Assembly: GCA_963834385.1 (NCBI GenBank)
Contig: CAWIBO010000005.1
Location: 736,001 to 800,000, forward strand
Source of the DNA: an uncultured Verrucomicrobiae bacterium
GTDB lineage: Bacteria > Verrucomicrobiota > Verrucomicrobiia > Chthoniobacterales > UBA10450
Direction: 5' to 3'
DNA length: 64,000 bases
Shown here piece after piece: positions 1 to 14,511 of the stretch. Every line of letters begins with the position of its first letter. The first letter of the stretch is position 1. Below the pieces are notes generated by a model, which worked only from the letters and a program-made list of their open reading frames with translations, searched no databases and was not told the DNA's origin. The position numbers and the translations under genes were made by a program.

Positions 1-212
1 GGCGGCGTAGATGACGGCCGCGCTAAGCATCGCCGGGAGCAATCGTAAGGTTGTGTTCACTACCTCCCAAGCTACCCGGTTCCCCCGAAATCCAGTCAAG
101 TTCAATCGCTGCCGGAGAGCCAGTTTCACGCCATATTTCACGCTTTTCCCTCCCTTTACCCCGCTCGCCCTGCCGGTTGACGCCGGTCTCCCACGGGTTA
201 GCATCGCGCCAC

Positions 213-743
213 ATGGATTCCGTTTCGCTCGACCAACTCCGCGCCGCCGTGCGCGACGTCCCCGATTTCCCCAAACCGGGCATCATTTTCAAGGATATCA
301 CCCCCATTCTCGCCGATGGCGCGCTCTTCCGCGCCGCCATCGATCTTTTCCGCGCCCGTTGCCAGGAACTCAAGATCGACAAGATCGTCTGCATCGACGC
401 CCGCGGCTTTCTCTTCGGCTCCGCCGTCGCCTACGAACTCGGGCTTGGCCTCATTCCCATCCGCAAACGGGGCAAGCTTCCCTACAAGACCAACCGCGCC
501 GCCTACACCCTCGAATACGGCGAAGCCGAGGTCGAAGTGCACATCGACGCCATCCAGCCCGGCGAAAAAATCGTCCTGGTCGACGATCTTCTCGCCACCG
601 GCGGAACCTCCGCCTCGGCCATGACCCTGGTGGAGAAGATGGGAGGCGAAATCGTGGAAGCGCAGTTCCTCATCGAGCTCGAGTTCCTCCAGGGCCGGGA
701 AAAACTCGGGCGCACCCCGGTCGTTTCGTTCCTCAAATACTAG
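213..743 (+). CDS. apt: Adenine phosphoribosyltransferase
   Basis: DFPKPGIIFKDITP, IDARGF and PRPP-binding VLVDDLLATGGT motifs; ATG at 213 chosen within ORF 51..743. Confidence 0.95.
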   Translation: MDSVSLDQLRAAVRDVPDFPKPGIIFKDITPILADGALFRAAIDLFRARCQELKIDKIVCIDARGFLFGSAVAYELGLGLIPIRKRGKLPYKTNRAAYTLEYGEAEVEVHIDAIQPGEKIVLVDDLLATGGTSASAMTLVEKMGGEIVEAQFLIELEFLQGREKLGRTPVVSFLKY

Positions 744-1595
744 CCGGGACCGCCCGCCGCGGCGGTCTCCCGCCTTTCGACCGCGCGCACCCGAATGGGA
801 CGGTCAAAACCTTTCAGGCTGACTTCACCCAGGTCCTGGAACGAAACTTCCTTACCCAGGCAAAGCTCGGCCACCACGTTCGAGACCAGGATCTGGCCGG
901 GTTCGGCCTTTGCGCACAGCCGCGCCGCCAGTTGCACGGTCGAACCGAAAATGTCGTCACCGCGTTCCACCGGCTCGCCCGCGGCACATCCAATCCGAAC
1001 GCTGATCGCCGGGCTCGTCCCCGCGTCGCTCCCCAGCTCGCTCTGTATCTGCGCGGCGCAGCGCACTGCCGAGGCGGAGGAATGGAACGAAGCCATGATC
1101 CCGTCGCCCGTATGTTTCACCTCCCGGCCCCGGTGCTCCTCCAGCGCCTTCCGGACAATCCGATCATGCCGATGCACGAACTCCATCGCCTTCTCGTCGC
1201 CCAGCGTCTGGGTCATGGCGGTGGAGTTGACGATATCGGTGAAAAGGACGGTCCGAATTCCGGGGTCCCGCGGCGCGGTTGAGCCTCCGGGAAGCAGAGC
1301 CGCGCCGTGCGGATTCGTGTCCCCTCCGCCCAGAAAGGCGTCCGCGAGCTCCGGCGGTTTTATCTCGATGATCTTTTCCGCGACGAAGCCGTGGGCTTCC
1401 CGGTGCACCGCCGCGGCCGCCTCCGCGCTGGGCGCTTCCACCAGACAGAAGACCTTTCCGCATCCCTCGTTCACCCAGTACCTTCTTGTATTCCACCCCG
1501 TGCCGGCCCTGCACGGCGAGGTCCGCCGCGTGCGCCTGGGCCAGCTGCTCCGGCGTCACTCCCGGCATTTCATGGATGTCCATGTAAAGCGGCAT
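740..1595 (-). CDS. Class III adenylate/guanylate cyclase with N-terminal DUF4242/SCO4226-like domain; frameshift near 1480
   Basis: MPLYMDIHEM..AHAADLAVQ in one frame continues as GKVFCLVEAPSAEAAAAVHREAHG; cyclase motifs VLFTDIVNST, VKHTGDGIMA, DIFGSTVQLAARL. Confidence 0.85.
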
Positions 1596-1641
1596 AACCA
1601 GCGAAAGCGTAGGCCTCGTAACGGCGACTGGCCAGCCTGCT

Positions 1642-2099
1642 TTACCCTTCGTGGCAGGTGCAGCCCCCGCCGCATCCATTTGCCTCGGCCACCACCACCT
1701 GCAGCTCGATCTCCTGCAGCTCCAGCTGGTCGTGGATGACGTGGAGCAGCCCCAGCGCCCGCTCGTCCGGCATAAAGTCGGAGCGCAGCTCAATCCGCGC
1801 TTTCTTCTGCGCCAGTTCCGGGTGCGCCTCCACCATCTCCCCGTCGAGCAGAAAGGAGACGTAGGCGTTGAACTTCTCCTGCAACTGGTGCAGCCGCTCG
1901 TCGCTCCCATCCCAGGCCCGCGTCTCGGTCATGACCATCACCACTTCGTCGCGCGCCGCGTCCAATCCGAAAAGATCAATCACTCCCGCTTCCGCCACCC
2001 CCGCCCGGCCCGGTTCGCTCTTCGGCTCATGCTCGTGCTCATGCTCCTGCTCCTGCTCATGCTCGTGCTCTGCTCGTGCTCGTGTCCGTCGCAACCCAT
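1642..2099 (-). CDS. Hypothetical protein (DUF6572-like) with N-terminal (E-H/Q)n tract and Cys/His C-terminal tail; probable 1-nt error in the repeat
   Basis: VIDLFGLD..LQEKFNAYVSFLLDGEM core; ATG GGT TGC GAC GGA CAC at 2099 leads into a GAGCAN hexamer repeat. Confidence 0.6.
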
Positions 2100-2178
2100 A
2101 GACGCCTAATTTGCCGCAGTTGCCGCCCGCGTCCACCCGCACCCTCGACAGCGCCCCGCCCCACCCGCATGGTGCTCC

Positions 2179-3039
2179 ATGAAACTTCTCCTCCTCGCCG
2201 CTCTTCTTTGCCTGACCGCCCTGGTGCCGGCTGAGGCCCAGTTTTCGCCCGCCTTTCTCCAGAACGGCAGCTACTGGGGCAACGGCAAGGCGGAGTTCAA
2301 TATCTACCAGGCCGAGATCACCCGTTACGGCCAGCCTCGCTCCGGCGAAGCGCTCCATATCCTGGTGCCCGAGCCTTACGACGAGAAACAGTTCGTCAAG
2401 CCGGACGACTGGAAGCGGCCCGGCATCATCCCGGTCATGAAACTCAACCAGGTCCTGCACATTCCCACCGGCCTCTACGTCTACCAGCAGATGCACTCGA
2501 ACTTCTGGCGCATCGACGATGGCCGGCTTTGGAAGTTTTCCCTCACCAGCAACGACAGTTGCGGCAACACCTACAAGGAGGCGCGTCGGCAGGAGGAGAA
2601 TTTCCAGTACGAATACCGGACCTACTGGGATGGCATGGCCCGCGGCGAGGAGGAGGTCGCGCTGCCGCCCGGCGGCCGCTTTTACGACGAGCTGCCGCTC
2701 CTGGTGCGGCTGCTCGATTTCTCGAAGGCCAAAGGCGAGGCGGAAGTTCCGCTGGCCGGCACCACGATCGGTTCAAAGAAGGACACCTTTAAGTTTTTCC
2801 CCGCTCGCTTCGCCTGGTCTGTGACCAAAGAGGGAATCATCGTGGAAGTCAGCCACGGCGGCGGCACCGACCGGATGGTTCTCGAAACGGAGTTTCCGCA
2901 CCTTCTGCGCGAATGGAAAACGGCTGATGGCAGCAGCTACCGGTTGAAGCGCAGCCTGCGGGTCGACTACTGGAACTATAATCAGCCGGGCGACCGGGAA
3001 CGCGCCCTCGACGACCCGAAACTGCAGCACCCCGATTGA
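2179..3039 (+). CDS. Secreted hypothetical protein
   Basis: Signal peptide MKLLLLAALLCLTALVPAEA; 286 aa with host-like codon usage. Confidence 0.8.
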   Translation: MKLLLLAALLCLTALVPAEAQFSPAFLQNGSYWGNGKAEFNIYQAEITRYGQPRSGEALHILVPEPYDEKQFVKPDDWKRPGIIPVMKLNQVLHIPTGLYVYQQMHSNFWRIDDGRLWKFSLTSNDSCGNTYKEARRQEENFQYEYRTYWDGMARGEEEVALPPGGRFYDELPLLVRLLDFSKAKGEAEVPLAGTTIGSKKDTFKFFPARFAWSVTKEGIIVEVSHGGGTDRMVLETEFPHLLREWKTADGSSYRLKRSLRVDYWNYNQPGDRERALDDPKLQHPD

Positions 3040-3088
3040 TTCCTGCTCGTCGTCGCTCTTTCCAGCCTCTACTTTCCTCTCCGCGCGC

Positions 3089-3502
3089 ATGACTAAAAAA
3101 CAAAAGAAGCAGGACGGCCTCTCGCTGCTTGGCCGCAGTGAAACGCGCCTGCCCGCGTCCCCCGACCACGCCACCCTGGAGACGTTTCCGAACCCGGCCC
3201 GGCGGCGTTACACCATTCGCTTCGAGACCGCCGACTTCACCTCTCTTTGCCCGATCACCGGGCAGATGGATTTTGCCCACCTCTCGCTCGAGTACGTCCC
3301 CGACGCGCTTTGCGTCGAGACGAAGTCGCTCAAGTTCTACCTCGCCTCCTTCCGGAACGAGAAAGGTTTCAACGAGAAAATCGCCAACCGCATCCTCGAC
3401 GATTTCGTGCGGGCCTGCTCGCCGCATGAGGCCACCCTCGTGGCCGAATTCTCCCCGCGCGGCGGGATCGGTCTGACCGTTCGGGTCAGCCACCCGGAAT
3501 GA
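3089..3502 (+). CDS. queF: NADPH-dependent preQ0 reductase
   Basis: [13 protein letters not shown] and [10 protein letters not shown] motifs; adjacent to queC. Confidence 0.93.
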   Translation: MTKKQKKQDGLSLLGRSETRLPASPDHATLETFPNPARRRYTIRFETADFTSLCPITGQMDFAHLSLEYVPDALCVETKSLKFYLASFRNEKGFNEKIANRILDDFVRACSPHEATLVAEFSPRGGIGLTVRVSHPE

Positions 3503-4176
3503 AGCCGGCGGTGGTTCTCCTCAGCGGCGGCCTCGATTCCGCCACGGTCCTCGGGATTGCGGTGCGCGACGGTTTCGCCGCCCATGCCCTTTCCTTCGAA
3601 TACGGCCAGCGGCATCGGACCGAGGTGGAGGCGGCGCGCCGGGTGGCCACCACCCTTGGAGCGACGGCGCATCGCGTGGCCCGGATCGATCTCCGCGTTT
3701 TTGGCGGGTCCGCCCTCACCGCCGACATCGCCGTGCCCAAGGAAGGCCCCGGCGCCGACGAGGTGCCGATCACCTATGTTCCGGCGCGCAACACCATCTT
3801 CCTCTCCTACGCCCTCGCCTGGGCCGAGGTCCTGGAGGCCGCGGATATCTTTATCGGGGTGAACGCGGTGGATTACAGCGGTTACCCCGATTGCCGCCCG
3901 GAATTCATCGCTGCTTTCGAAACCGTGGCACGCCTCGGCACAAAGGCGGGAATCGCCGGCGCACCTTTTCGCATCCATGCCCCGCTCCTCCGGTTGACCA
4001 AGGGTGACATCATCCGTCAGGGGCTCTCGCTCGGCCTCGATTATTCGCTCACCCGCAGTTGCTATGATCCGGCGCCGGATGATGTCGCCTGCGGCCGGTG
4101 CGATTCCTGCCGGCTCCGTCTCCAGGGATTCGCGGACGCCGGGGTGGCCGATCCCATCGCCTACGCCGCGCCGTGA
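3499..4176 (+). CDS. queC: 7-cyano-7-deazaguanine synthase
   Basis: [28 protein letters not shown] and CGRCDSC motifs. Confidence 0.95.
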   Translation: MKPAVVLLSGGLDSATVLGIAVRDGFAAHALSFEYGQRHRTEVEAARRVATTLGATAHRVARIDLRVFGGSALTADIAVPKEGPGADEVPITYVPARNTIFLSYALAWAEVLEAADIFIGVNAVDYSGYPDCRPEFIAAFETVARLGTKAGIAGAPFRIHAPLLRLTKGDIIRQGLSLGLDYSLTRSCYDPAPDDVACGRCDSCRLRLQGFADAGVADPIAYAAP

Positions 4177-4346
4177 AACGCGTTTTCCGTTTCTTTGTCC
4201 TGACTCCGGCCGAACAGCGCCTTGTCCTGGTCGTGATGCTGGTGCTGGTCGCGGTGGTTCTTCTTTCTCGCGAGATCTCGCGGCGGCGCGAGACCACCAC
4301 ACCCCTGCCGGAAACGGCCCCCTCTCCCGCGGCCACCGCCCGCTGA
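4173..4346 (+). CDS. Small single-TM protein
   Basis: GTG overlapping the queC stop; [31 protein letters not shown]. Confidence 0.5.
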   Translation: MKRVFRFFVLTPAEQRLVLVVMLVLVAVVLLSREISRRRETTTPLPETAPSPAATAR

Positions 4347-4347
4347 C

Positions 4348-5381
4348 TCAGCCTTTCCCGAGGCCGGGAATGCGACCGTAACCGATGAAGCGCGGCCTGC
4401 GGCCGTTGGCCGCCGCCCGCCCCGGCCGCGACACCTTGAAATCGAAGACGCTCACGCCATGGCGTGATTTGTCGTGATAAGTACGTCCGTCACTCGCCCC
4501 GACCATGACCCGTTTGCCCGTCTCCTTTTCGCGCCCAAGATAGATCATCGTGTGCGTGATCGGCGGATCGCGCTCGATGTCGTAAGTCCCCGTCCAAAAC
4601 AGGAGGTCCCCCGGTTGCAGGCCCTCCAGCTCGAAGCTGTCATCCTTCTCGCTCAGGACCGCCTCGAACGTTCCCGCCTTGCGCACCCAGACATACTGCT
4701 GGCTCGAGTCACGGGGAACGTCGCTGAAGCCCTGCTCCCTCAGCACGTGGTAGATGAACCCGGAACAATCCATGCCGCCTTGCGTCGGATCAGCCGACCC
4801 ATATTTGTAGGTGAGATTCTTTTCCGTCAGAAGCAACGCGGCCCGCACCATTTCCTGCACGCGCGCCGGATACTCCGCAAATCCCTTGAGCTGGTCGGGT
4901 TGCAGAACCGCCACGGTGGCCACCTTCTTCTTCGGGGAAGCGGTCGCGCTCGGTTCCGGTGACACGCTCGGATCGGGCGATGTTCCCTTCTCCGGCGACG
5001 CTTCTGGCGAGGGTGAAGGTTCCGGGGAGATCGTGGCCGTCGCCGTCGCGCTGGGGCGTCGGCGATGCCGTCGGCGTGGGCGTTGGGGTTGGGGTTGGAG
5101 AGGGCAAGGCCGCTTTCTTTTTTTTCTTTGTCGGCACCGGCGTGGGGCTGCTCTTTTTCTTCAGCCGGCGACGGGCTGGTCTTCGCTTTCGGACGCGGCG
5201 TCGCCGTGGGCGTCGAGCGCGCCTTTTTTGAACTGGTTCGCCGCGGTGTCGGCGTCGGGGTGGGCTCGAAAATCTGCCTGATCTTTTCCCCGAGCGATTC
5301 TGGACGCGGCGCGGCCTGGCCCCCGGGCGGAACGGCGAAGCTCAGGAGCAGGGCGAGAACGAGCAGCCGGTCCGGTCTCAC
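4348..5381 (-). CDS. NlpC/P60 (C40) peptidase with Pro/Thr-rich linker; frameshifted in the linker
   Basis: YKYGSADP..GMDCSGFI and ITHTMIYLG motifs; signal peptide and PTPTP tracts upstream in other frames. Confidence 0.8.
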
Positions 5382-6712
5382 TTGGCCAGGGCCCGCAGGA
5401 CCGCCTGGTTGACGCGGATCCCCGCCTCGAGATTTTCGAGCGGGAAATTTTCGTTGGGAGAATGCGCGCGGCAATCGGGCAGGGCCAGGCCAAGCAGGAG
5501 CGTTTCCGCGTTCAGAATGGTGCGAAACTGCGTCGTAATCGGGATGCTTCCCCCTTCGCGAATCAGGGCTGGTTCTTTGCCGAAGGCATCTTTCATCGCG
5601 CGCTGCGCCGCTTTGCCCACTTCGCCGTGGGGATCGGTCAGATACCACGGACCGCTGTGCCCATCCTTCATCTCCAGGGTCACCCCCGGCGGCAGATGTT
5701 TCTCAAAATGTTTCCGCGCCAGCTGCAGGATCTTCTTCCCGTCCTGGTTCGGCACCAGCCGGAAGGTGATCTTGGCCATGGCATGGCTCGGGATCACGGT
5801 CTTGGTCCCTTTGCCCTGGTAACCCCCGCCGATGCCGTTCAGCTCCGCGGTCGGCCGCGCCCAAAGGCGTTCGAGGGTGGTGAAACCCTTTTCGCCAAAC
5901 AATGCCGGGACACCGGTCTCGGCCTTCGTCTCCTTGTCGGCATCAAGCGGAAGCTTGGCCCACATTTCGCGCTCCCACTCCTGCAACGGCAGCACATCAT
6001 CGTAAAAACCCTCGATCGCGACATGCCCGTCGGCGTTATGAATCGTCGCCACCAGGCGGCTCAGCGCCGTGATCGGGTTGGCCACCGCGCCGCCATAAAT
6101 TCCCGAGTGCAGGTCCATCTGGGACCCGGTCACCTTCAATTCCATCCCCACCACCCCGCGCAGACCGTAGCTGATCGTCGGCAATCCCCGCGCCAGCATG
6201 CCGGTGTCGGACACGACCACGGCATCGACCTTGAGCGCCTCCCGGTTCTCCTCCAAAAACGGAGCCAGGTTGCCGCTCCCGATCTCTTCTTCCCCTTCAA
6301 TGATCAGGTGCAGGTTGACCGGAAGTTCCCCCTCTTTTTCCAGCGTCTCCTGGAGACCAAGGATATGCGCAAGGATCTGGCCCTTGTTGTCGGTCGCGCC
6401 CCGCGCAAAAACATAGCCATCCTTCAAGACCGGTTCGAACGGCGGCGAATCCCACAGCTCCAACGGATCGGGCGGCTGCACGTCGTAGTGCCCGTAAATC
6501 ATCACGGTTTTCCGCCCGGCCACGTGCTTGTTCTGCGCCCAGACCACGGGATGACCCGGTGTCGGCACAAGTTTTGTCTCCAGGCCAAGGCCGGTCAGTT
6601 TCGTTACCAGCCAGTCGGCGCACGCTTTCACATCGCCCGCTGCCTCGGGATCGGTCGAGACGCTGGGGAACCGCAAGAACGTGTAAAAATCTTCGAGATG
6701 ACTCGGGCGCAT
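5378..6712 (-). CDS. M20 family dipeptidase
   Basis: YGHYDVQP, RGATDNKGQ, EGEEEIGS, DLHSG and HSPNE motifs. Confidence 0.92.
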   Translation of the reverse strand: MRPSHLEDFYTFLRFPSVSTDPEAAGDVKACADWLVTKLTGLGLETKLVPTPGHPVVWAQNKHVAGRKTVMIYGHYDVQPPDPLELWDSPPFEPVLKDGYVFARGATDNKGQILAHILGLQETLEKEGELPVNLHLIIEGEEEIGSGNLAPFLEENREALKVDAVVVSDTGMLARGLPTISYGLRGVVGMELKVTGSQMDLHSGIYGGAVANPITALSRLVATIHNADGHVAIEGFYDDVLPLQEWEREMWAKLPLDADKETKAETGVPALFGEKGFTTLERLWARPTAELNGIGGGYQGKGTKTVIPSHAMAKITFRLVPNQDGKKILQLARKHFEKHLPPGVTLEMKDGHSGPWYLTDPHGEVGKAAQRAMKDAFGKEPALIREGGSIPITTQFRTILNAETLLLGLALPDCRAHSPNENFPLENLEAGIRVNQAVLRALAK

Positions 6713-6758
6713 GGTGGCAGACCCTAACCCAACTTCGGATTTTTAGCGCGAAAGATCC

Positions 6759-8027
6759 CTATCCCTGCGGCGAGGCCGCCGGCGCTGGCGCCGGGGCGGT
6801 TTTTCCTCCCGGGAGATCAAAGCTCCAGGAGGCCTGCATCTTTCGCGTGCCCGACCGCGCCTCGATGATCACCGCGACGTTCCGGTCCGCCTGTTTCCGC
6901 TGCATCTGGTAGGTGATGGTCTTCGTTTTGGCATCATAGACGGCCGGCACCTTGCCGACGCCGCCGATTCGCATGACCACGCTTTCCGCCTCGATTTCGC
7001 CGAAGGGCGCAAGGTTGGCCTTGATCAAAGGTGTCTCGTTCGGCGCCGTCGTCCCGGCGCCCGGCTGGGCCTGGATCGCCTTTGCATCCACCTGCGCCAC
7101 CGCCGGGCCGCTCCCGGTCGAGGCTCCGCCGAAATTCAACGCGTCTTCGAACACCTTCGGTTTGTTCGCCTCGATCAGGTAGCGCCCCAGCGAATCCATC
7201 GGTGACCCGAAGGTGAGCGGCTGACCGTAAACGGTGAACATCGCCTCGTAGCCGCCTTTCATGACCGCCTTCCGCACGTTCTCATCATGCTTGCCGTAGG
7301 GAACGGCGAAGGCGTTCACCCGGATGCCCAGCTTGTCCTCCAGGACCTTCTTCACCCCTGCGGTCTCGTTCGCCAGCCATTCCTCATACTCTTCCGGGGT
7401 CAGCTTTTTCTTCGCGATCGCGTCGTAGGCCTTGCGCAAATCCTGGTGGGTCGCGGAGTGCCCCTGGATATCCACGCCGGCATCCCGCATCTCCTCCAAA
7501 TTCTCCCAGCTCATCGAGCCGCCCCCGGCAAAATGGCCGGGCCGGACCCCCTCCGTGTAAATGAAGAGAGTGAAGGGAAAGCCGTACTTCTTCAGGATCG
7601 GCCAGGCCACCTCGTACTGCGTTTTCCAGCCGTCGTCGAAAGTCAGGACAACCGCGCGGGACGGGATGTTCTTTTCCCCGCGTTTCCAGGCCAGGAAATC
7701 CTGCATGGGAATCACCGGGATATTCTTCTCCTTGAGCATTTTCATCTGCTCCTCGAAAGCCTCCGGCGTGATCTCGGTGTCGGGCCGGCGAATCTTTTTC
7801 TCGAAACGATGATACCCGTAGACCACCACCTGCGCGTTCTGGTCAATGGCCGGCTTGGCCGGGGTCGCCGCCGGGACCGGGGTCGCCGGCGCCCCGCTCT
7901 CGGTCACTCCCGCCGCCGTGGCCGCGGGCGTGGCTCCGTCCTTCGGCTTCGCCACCTCCGACTTCTTTCCGCACCCCGTGAAAATTAAGGCGCCTGCGAG
8001 CGCCACCGCTGCCAATCGATTACACAT
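6759..8027 (-). CDS. Polysaccharide deacetylase (CE4) lipoprotein
   Basis: Lipobox FTGC; LTFDDGW, GHSATH and FAVPYG motifs. Confidence 0.88.
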   Translation of the reverse strand: MCNRLAAVALAGALIFTGCGKKSEVAKPKDGATPAATAAGVTESGAPATPVPAATPAKPAIDQNAQVVVYGYHRFEKKIRRPDTEITPEAFEEQMKMLKEKNIPVIPMQDFLAWKRGEKNIPSRAVVLTFDDGWKTQYEVAWPILKKYGFPFTLFIYTEGVRPGHFAGGGSMSWENLEEMRDAGVDIQGHSATHQDLRKAYDAIAKKKLTPEEYEEWLANETAGVKKVLEDKLGIRVNAFAVPYGKHDENVRKAVMKGGYEAMFTVYGQPLTFGSPMDSLGRYLIEANKPKVFEDALNFGGASTGSGPAVAQVDAKAIQAQPGAGTTAPNETPLIKANLAPFGEIEAESVVMRIGGVGKVPAVYDAKTKTITYQMQRKQADRNVAVIIEARSGTRKMQASWSFDLPGGKTAPAPAPAASPQG

Positions 8028-8145
8028 AGCTTGTTAACCGCATTAAGACCCGATGAACAAAATACAAGCGGTTTTTGGAATCCGAATACCCGCTTGCCCG
8101 CGTTTTTCTCGTGTTATCTTCCCGCGGCGGTTCCCTGCTCGATCC

Positions 8146-8844
8146 ATGATTTCCCGACTTTCACTTCTCCTTCTCGCCCTTCTGCTCGGCGCCTGCGCCG
8201 GCGGACCCGTCACCCAGAACACCAGCCGCACTTTCAACACCGTGGTCGTCGATGCCGGCCACGGCGGCCGTGATTTCGGCGCCGTCCGCCGTTATGGCCC
8301 GCCGGAGAAAACCGCCGCGCTCGATGTCGCCCGCCGCCTCAACCGCAAGCTGCGCGAATCCCAGTTGCGCACGGTCATGACCCGCTCCAGCGACGTTTTC
8401 GTCCCGCTCGACCGGCGGGTCGCCATTCAGAACGCGCAATCCGATTCCATCGCCGTCAGCATCCATTTCAATGATTCGCGCCGGCGCGGCATCAGCGGGA
8501 TTGAGACCTATTACTCCTCTCCGCACGCCGCCTCTCTCGCCCGCCGGATCCAGGGGAAGCTCGTTTCCCTTCCTGGCACGGCCAACCGCGGGGTTCGCCG
8601 CGGCAACTTTCGCGTGCTCCGGAACGCCCGGTATCCCGCCGTTTTGGTGGAATGCGGCTACCTGAGCAACCGGACCGAGGGGCGACGCGCCGGCAGCGCC
8701 GCGCATCGCGAGCGGATCGCCGACAAGATTGCCGAAGCGATCGTGGAGGAACGCTACGGGGCGGGGGTCTACCATGCGCGGGCCCGCGCGGCCGCCGCCA
8801 CCGGGTCGACTACCTCGACCCCCTTCCACAACCCGGTCAACTAG
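8146..8844 (+). CDS. N-acetylmuramoyl-L-alanine amidase (Amidase_3), lipoprotein
   Basis: VVVDAGHGGRD, SIHFN and PAVLVECGYLSN motifs; lipobox LGAC. Confidence 0.9.
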   Translation: MISRLSLLLLALLLGACAGGPVTQNTSRTFNTVVVDAGHGGRDFGAVRRYGPPEKTAALDVARRLNRKLRESQLRTVMTRSSDVFVPLDRRVAIQNAQSDSIAVSIHFNDSRRRGISGIETYYSSPHAASLARRIQGKLVSLPGTANRGVRRGNFRVLRNARYPAVLVECGYLSNRTEGRRAGSAAHRERIADKIAEAIVEERYGAGVYHARARAAAATGSTTSTPFHNPVN

Positions 8845-8915
8845 AACATATCGACGCATCATGATGCGTCGATTTGTCTCTTGCCTCCCGCCGCCGTTCG
8901 CCGTTTAGTTCCGGC

Positions 8916-12780
<3,865 letters not shown>

Positions 12781-12787
<7 letters not shown>

Positions 12788-13066
12788 GAAACCAGGAACT
12801 CAGGAAAAGAGCGAACGCGGAGCAAGGACCCGAAAAGGCCGCTGATCTCTCGCCCCACCACTCCTGCTCCTGCTCATGATCCTGATCTTGCTCTTCCTGC
12901 GACGCTGCCGCGCCTAAAGTTAGCGAATCAGGGAGAAAACGAATTAGGAAACCAGGAACTCAGGAAGGGGACTGCGTCACCGCTCACCGCTGACGGTTCA
13001 CGATTCACGATTCACGATTCACGGTTCACGATTCACGATTCACGGTTCACGGTTCACGATTCACTT
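12781..13066. repeat. Mosaic repeat junction after metH
   Basis: GAATTAGGAAACCAGGAACTCAGGAA twice (12781, 12941), a CTCCTG-type hexamer tract, and about 9 copies of TTCACGR. Confidence 0.9.
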
Positions 13067-13143
13067 CATTCACGCACTCCCCCCTTGTCTGGAATCTCAC
13101 AACCTCCGGATGTGCATTTGGCGAACGCAGCTACATTCGACGG

Positions 13144-13677
13144 GTGAATCGGCTTTGGTTTCTTCTGTTTTTCGTTTTCGCCTGTGTCCGGTCTGTCCCC
13201 GGGCAGGCCATGTTTTCCGACCAGGTGCTTTCCTCGCCCTCGCCCTCGCCCACCGCGTCCGTGGCGACGAAGCCCACCCCCACTCCCATTCCTTCCATCC
13301 TGCCGCCGGATATCGGCGCACCCGCTCTTCCCTCGGAGCTGCCGAACCTGCCTGACATTTCCGAGCTGGATCAGGCTTTCGAAAAATCGGATCTCGGCAA
13401 GGAAGCGGAGGAGAATCGTTATCGCGTGGAGCTGCGGAAGCTCAAGAATCAGGTCGCGCAGGACGAGGAAATCCGGAAAGCCCGCAAGACCGCCGACCGT
13501 GCCCGGACCGATCTCGAGCGCCGGCGGCTCCGCCGCGAATACTACGAACTTTATTATGGCCGAATGCGCGGGCTCGCCTCGAGCGAAGGCTTGAAGCGGT
13601 ATATCGACCGGATCAGGGACGGCCATATCGCCACGCTCGCCCAGCCCAGGGTGCGCCCCTCCTCTGCGGCAGAATAA
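13144..13677 (+). CDS. Secreted helical hypothetical protein
   Basis: Signal peptide, Pro/Ser linker and charged helical C-terminus. Confidence 0.7.
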   Translation: MNRLWFLLFFVFACVRSVPGQAMFSDQVLSSPSPSPTASVATKPTPTPIPSILPPDIGAPALPSELPNLPDISELDQAFEKSDLGKEAEENRYRVELRKLKNQVAQDEEIRKARKTADRARTDLERRRLRREYYELYYGRMRGLASSEGLKRYIDRIRDGHIATLAQPRVRPSSAAE

Positions 13678-13690
13678 ACCTCCGTTGCAG

Positions 13691-14410
13691 ATGACACCTG
13701 CTTCCAGCGACGCGCGTCTGCCGCTCGGGACAACCCGTTTGCTGGAATGGAGTCCGCTCATCCTCCTGGGCGGTTTTTGGTTCGCGATGGTCCTGCCGGC
13801 CACCCAGGATTTCTGTGCCCTCCTCCTGCGCGAGAATTATCCGGTCGAACTGCTCACGTTTCTCGCCGCGCTCGCTGGTGCCGTGATCGGTTTTCGGCTG
13901 GTGGCCCGCCTGCGCGCAGTCGGCGCGCCCGCCGGCGTTCGCCTCTTTTTCCTTCTTTTTTCGATCGGCCTGCTCTTGCTGGCCGGCGAAGAGGTCTCCT
14001 GGGGCCAGGACTTCTACTGGTACAAGACTCCCCGCTTCATCCGCCTCCATAACGCGCAAAACCAGGTGACCCTGCACAACCTCGAAATCTGGCACGGGCA
14101 CAATCATCTGCTCCGGCTCTTCTTCGGCGTCGGCGGCCTTCTCGGTCTCTGGCTCGGCCGCTTCCCGGCACTTCGCCCGGTCACGCCTCCACCCCTTCTC
14201 TGGCTCTGGTTCTCTCTCATCACCATGAAGAGTCTGGTCGATGTTTACGTCAAGAACGTGCCGGTCAGCGCCATGACCTTCTACGAGATCAACAAGGTCA
14301 GCGAAGTGGTCGAAATGATGGTCGCCTTCACCGGCCTGCTTTACCTCTGGCTGAAAACCCGCGCTGCCACAGGGCGAGCCGACCCCGCCTTGATCAGCGC
14401 CCGGGCCTGA
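13691..14410 (+). CDS. Multi-pass membrane protein
   Basis: About 6 hydrophobic segments; AGEEVSWGQ and TLHNL motifs. Confidence 0.75.
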   Translation: MTPASSDARLPLGTTRLLEWSPLILLGGFWFAMVLPATQDFCALLLRENYPVELLTFLAALAGAVIGFRLVARLRAVGAPAGVRLFFLLFSIGLLLLAGEEVSWGQDFYWYKTPRFIRLHNAQNQVTLHNLEIWHGHNHLLRLFFGVGGLLGLWLGRFPALRPVTPPPLLWLWFSLITMKSLVDVYVKNVPVSAMTFYEINKVSEVVEMMVAFTGLLYLWLKTRAATGRADPALISARA

Positions 14411-14430
14411 CTATCTTCCGTCTCTTCCAC

Positions 14431-14502
14431 GGCGCGTTCGTCTAGTGGTTAGGACACAGCCCTCTCAAGGCTGGTACACGGGTTCGACTCCCGTACGCGC
14501 TG
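14431..14502 (+). tRNA. tRNA-Glu(CTC)
   Basis: Acceptor stem GGCGCGT/ACGCGCT, anticodon arm CAGCC-CTCTCAA-GGCTG, T-loop GGTTCGACTCC; CCA not encoded. Confidence 0.95.
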
Positions 14503-14511
14503 CGTTTTCTT

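Noticed and set aside
3040..3088. preQ1 riboswitch upstream of queF
   Set aside because: The 49-nt spacer is pyrimidine-rich and lacks the stem and A-rich tail of preQ1-I.
14431..14502. tRNA-Glu as an island integration site
   Set aside because: No duplicated tRNA 3' end and no integrase seen in the window.
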